DNA of 55,163 nt from assembly GCA_945917475.1 (NCBI GenBank), contig CAMEHL010000001.1:1-55163 (forward strand). Direction: 5' to 3'. The first letter of the stretch is position 1. Every line of letters begins with the position of its first letter. The notes under the pieces are model-generated. The model did no database searches. It saw only the letters and a program-made list of their open reading frames with translations, and had not been told where the DNA came from. Shown here piece by piece: positions 52,489 through 55,163 of this stretch. A program made the position numbers and the translations under genes. This DNA comes from an uncultured Clostridia bacterium (GTDB taxonomy: Bacteria; Bacillota; Clostridia; Christensenellales; Borkfalkiaceae).

Positions 52489-53340
52489 ATGCTAAATTTG
52501 GTTTACGACGTGGAAAAATTAACGCACGTCCTAAAAAATTTCTCTTTGCTTACCCGCGCGTCTATTTGTATATTAGACGTGTCTTTCAACACGATTGCCT
52601 GTTACAGCGGTAAAATTTCTTATTGTAATAATTTGCGAAACAGCAACGAAAATCTCAATAAGTTATGTTCCGTTCCGAACAGCACCGCCATTAAAACCTG
52701 TTGTCAGACCAAGTCTTCCGTAACCTATACCTGCCACGCGGGTATCGTGGAAACGATTACTCCCTTGTTTTATAACGACATCTTAATCGGTTATATTATT
52801 TTCGGCGGGCTTAAAGATACCGAACAAACCTACACTAATCCCAAAATTATAGAAAACGTTTGTCAAAAATATAATTTGGATTACGATAAATTTAAAATAC
52901 TTTTCGACAATCTTCCTTCCTTTTCGTCCGAACAACTCGAAGCGTATATCGAAATATTAAATCTTTCGACAAGTTATATCATCGAAAAACAGTTGCTAAA
53001 ACCAAACGAAACCGTTTTAAGCGCGAAAATTATGAGTTATATCAAGTCCAACATTAACTCTAATCTCAACCTGAAAACTTTATGCGATACCTTCTATATC
53101 TCCCCTAAAACCCTGTATTCGGTCGTTAAAAAAGCAACGGGTATGACCGTGAATAACTATATAAATTCGATACGAATCGAAAACGCGCAAAATATGCTCA
53201 TTATAACGAATAAACCTATTTCCGAAGTCGCTATAAGCGTCGGCTTTTACGACTACAACTATTTCATTAAAGTCTTCAAAAAACAAACCGGCGGAATAAC
53301 CCCCTTGCAATACAGAAAGAAAAATACTATTTCTAATTGA
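52489..53340 (+). CDS. AraC-family transcriptional regulator with an N-terminal PocR-type sensor domain
   Basis: CHAGIVETITPLFYNDILIGYIIFGG (PocR-like) plus a C-terminal double HTH (LKTLCDTFYISPKTLYSVVKK..., ISEVAISVGFYDYNYFIKVFKKQTG). Confidence 0.9.
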   Translation: MLNLVYDVEKLTHVLKNFSLLTRASICILDVSFNTIACYSGKISYCNNLRNSNENLNKLCSVPNSTAIKTCCQTKSSVTYTCHAGIVETITPLFYNDILIGYIIFGGLKDTEQTYTNPKIIENVCQKYNLDYDKFKILFDNLPSFSSEQLEAYIEILNLSTSYIIEKQLLKPNETVLSAKIMSYIKSNINSNLNLKTLCDTFYISPKTLYSVVKKATGMTVNNYINSIRIENAQNMLIITNKPISEVAISVGFYDYNYFIKVFKKQTGGITPLQYRKKNTISN

Positions 53341-53410
53341 GATTTTTTATCGCTTTACTCTGCCCCTTTGCACTTTTTATATCGAAAAATTCCCCTTCTT
53401 TAAGTACAAA

Positions 53411-53449
53411 AAATCCGCAGGTATGTAACCCCGCGGATTTTATTTTTTT
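53411..53449. terminator. Bidirectional terminator between convergent araC-like and DMT genes
   Basis: AATCCGC-n14-GCGGATT flanked by an A-run and a T-run. Confidence 0.6.
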
Positions 53450-53535
53450 TATTGATAAATACGCGATTTAATAAAAAATACTAATTCCCGTACTTTACCC
53501 CCATACTCGATAGAAAAAGCGTAAATCCCGATATG

Positions 53536-54573
53536 CTACTCTTCGCGATTCGCAGTCGCACTTTCAAGTTCTTTCACCGTATATCGATGGTTGTGTAGAC
53601 CTTCCCGCCCGTAATGATTATGTCCGTGAATATGGCATACCGTATGCGTGTGTGTCCTTCCGTCGTGCGTATGCGTAAAAGCATGTCGGTGCAAATGCGA
53701 GTGGCTGATACCCAACGTATCGATAACGACAAACACCGTTCCCGCTATCATTACGGTGAGTGCTATAAGATATATCAGCGTCAGTTTCTCCCCAAGCACT
53801 ATAAAAGATTAAAACGTTCCAACAAACGGAGCCACGGCGTAATATGCGCTTGTCTTTGCCGCACCCAAGCCGTTTTGGGCTTTTACGTATAAGAAAATGC
53901 TTAACCCGTACGCTACGAACCCAAGCCCCATTGCAAACAATATATACTTAATCTCCGGCATCGTTTCCCCGAGAATAAGCGCAATCACGAACGAACCACC
54001 ACCCGAAAACAAACCTTTTAGCAGGACTATTTCGTATGCACTCTTATTCGATATACTTCTCGTGCAGTTGTTTTCAAGCCCCCAACATACCGTTGCAAGC
54101 AATACGAAAAGAGAACCGTAAGAAAAAACGAAACTGCCACTTCCTTCAAACGAAAGAATAACGCTCGAAACCGTGATAAGACAAATCGCTATCCACAATC
54201 TCTTGCCAACCCCTTCCTTAAACACCAACAAGGCAATCAATGCGGTTGCCACTATTTCAAAGTTGCCGAGTAACGAAGCGTTAGACGCAGAACCGTACTT
54301 TATTCCCAACATAAGAAATATGGGGGCTATTATGTCGAGAACAATCATTGCGACGGTATACGGTAAATCTTTTTTGCCGATACGCTTGGATTTATCTTCT
54401 TTTTTTATCTTAAAGGCGTATAAAATGCCAACGCCAACCCCCGTACCTATATATAAAAAGGCCGCCATAAAAGTTGGCGAAACACTGCCTAATAACAATT
54501 TGGAAAAGGGCGTGTTTAACGCATAAAATACTGCCGCAAGCAAAGCGTACAAAATAAGCGTGCCTTTCTTCAT
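53536..54573 (-). pseudogene. EamA/DMT-family transporter with a His-rich C-terminal tail, interrupted by an in-frame TAA at 53811-53809
   Basis: Track ORFs 53809..54573 and 53536..53799 are in the same frame: ...YYAVAPFVGTF-TAA-SFIVLGEKLTLIYLIALTVMIAGTVFVVID. The stop falls within the last predicted transmembrane helices of a 10-TM EamA fold. Tail: HSHLHRHAFTHTHDGRTHTHTVCHIHGHNHY. Confidence 0.7.
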
Positions 54574-54587
54574 CGAAAAATCTCTCC

Positions 54588-54869
54588 TTAGTCAATAACT
54601 TTGTTTTTACATAATTCCTCAAACAAGTCATAATCGTTTAAGGATAATGCACTTACAACAGAAAAATGTCCGCAATTGTCTCTTAAAAATCCCCTATCCT
54701 CTTCTTCTGGACAAAAAATCTTTATCAACGTCTTTTCGTGTTTATTATATACAGCTGGCGAAAATTTAGTTTTTAATTCTTGTATCTTATCGTCACGCAA
54801 TTCTTCCTTTGTTACTCTACTACTTTCAATACGCATCACCACCTTTTCTTTATATGAAAACAGCGCCAA
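54588..54869 (-). CDS. Hypothetical protein
   Basis: 93-aa ORF (alternative start MRIESS at 54836) directly upstream of the DMT gene. No recognisable motif. Confidence 0.4.
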   Translation of the reverse strand: MALFSYKEKVVMRIESSRVTKEELRDDKIQELKTKFSPAVYNKHEKTLIKIFCPEEEDRGFLRDNCGHFSVVSALSLNDYDLFEELCKNKVID

Positions 54870-55030
54870 CCATCAAGGTAAGCGCTGTAATCTTTTATTC
54901 AAACAATCCACTCTTAATAACCTTTTGAAGATTCGACTTAACCTCATCATATACTTCGGTTAACAAACTATCGGTTGATTTTCACTATATTCTCGTATGA
55001 GCATCAAATCAATTCAAAAGACAGACAATA

Positions 55031-55068
55031 AAAAACCCAGTAATCATTAGATAATTACTGGGTTTTTT
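55031..55068. terminator. Rho-independent terminator-like hairpin
   Basis: CCCAGTAAT-n9-ATTACTGGG flanked by AAAAA and TTTTTT. Confidence 0.6.
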
Positions 55069-55163
55069 ATGTCTTTGTTGTACGAAATAGCTGCACTGCA
55101 TTTTTATATGTTTCAGTAGGTTTGCGAGCAAAAGACGATGTGTTTCACTCAAAGATGATAAAA

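Noticed and set aside
53536-53799. Stand-alone 87-aa His-rich protein
   Set aside because: It has a GTG pseudo-start and lies in the same frame as, and 9 nt from, the stop of the upstream EamA ORF. Its N-terminus is the missing final TM helix of that transporter.
1-55163. rRNA, tRNA, tmRNA, RNase P, SRP RNA or known riboswitch signatures in intergenic regions
   Set aside because: None of the conserved motifs I know was seen in the few intergenic stretches over 100 nt. This was a visual scan only, so covariance-model searches could still find something.

Overview
This 55.2-kb window is transcribed almost entirely on the minus strand. It reads as a Gram-positive-style glycan-utilisation region: lipobox lipoproteins, binding-protein-dependent ABC importers, no SusC/D. 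The source is probably a Bacillota-like genome, but the taxon cannot be fixed from sequence alone. The window is a compositional mosaic; GC values are estimates from a few hand-counted 60-nt blocks. (i) 1-4.5 kb, ~50% GC: a partial YidE/AAE-type permease, a TetR / Cys-rich KTR / ABC-exporter operon, and a DUF2188 gene. (ii) 4.56-5.81 kb: an AT-rich islet with an XRE regulator and two small divergent genes. (iii) ~5.8-21.7 kb, ~58-60% GC: ROK regulator, SBP, hydrolase-like lipoprotein, two ABC permeases separated by an 846-aa surface protein, a cytoplasmic GH20-like enzyme, a 1039-aa repeat protein, and an exported PTP-like phosphatase lipoprotein. (iv) 21.7-24.0 kb: an AT-rich scar zone with gene fragments and an HTH gene. 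(v) 24-53 kb, ~40% GC: an AraC/PocR regulator divergent from one long gene train. That train encodes an 881-aa surface protein, a 43-aa ORF, SBP, two permeases, a 1015-aa protein, DUF4838-like and beta-helix lipoproteins, and a GH78-like enzyme. It continues into a catabolic block: FAD oxidase, Fe-S subunit, IolB, FGGY kinase, EtfB-EtfA, class II aldolase, PfkB kinase, NagA, NagB, GH20-like and GH39-like enzymes. The most interesting points are as follows. The catabolic block joins amino-sugar, IolB/PfkB/aldolase and Etf-coupled FAD/Fe-S dehydrogenase modules in a combination I cannot map to a described pathway. An in-frame UGA sits inside the first CxxCxxCxxxCP motif of the Fe-S subunit, behind a strong RBS. 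EtfB and EtfA form one reading frame that needs a -1 shift. Two giant surface proteins share a Gly-Cys C-terminal sorting-signal-like motif. An exported PTP-type phosphatase lies inside a glycan operon. I saw no rRNA, tRNA, CRISPR array, intact transposase or integrase. Family assignments come from motif recognition by eye, not from database searches.
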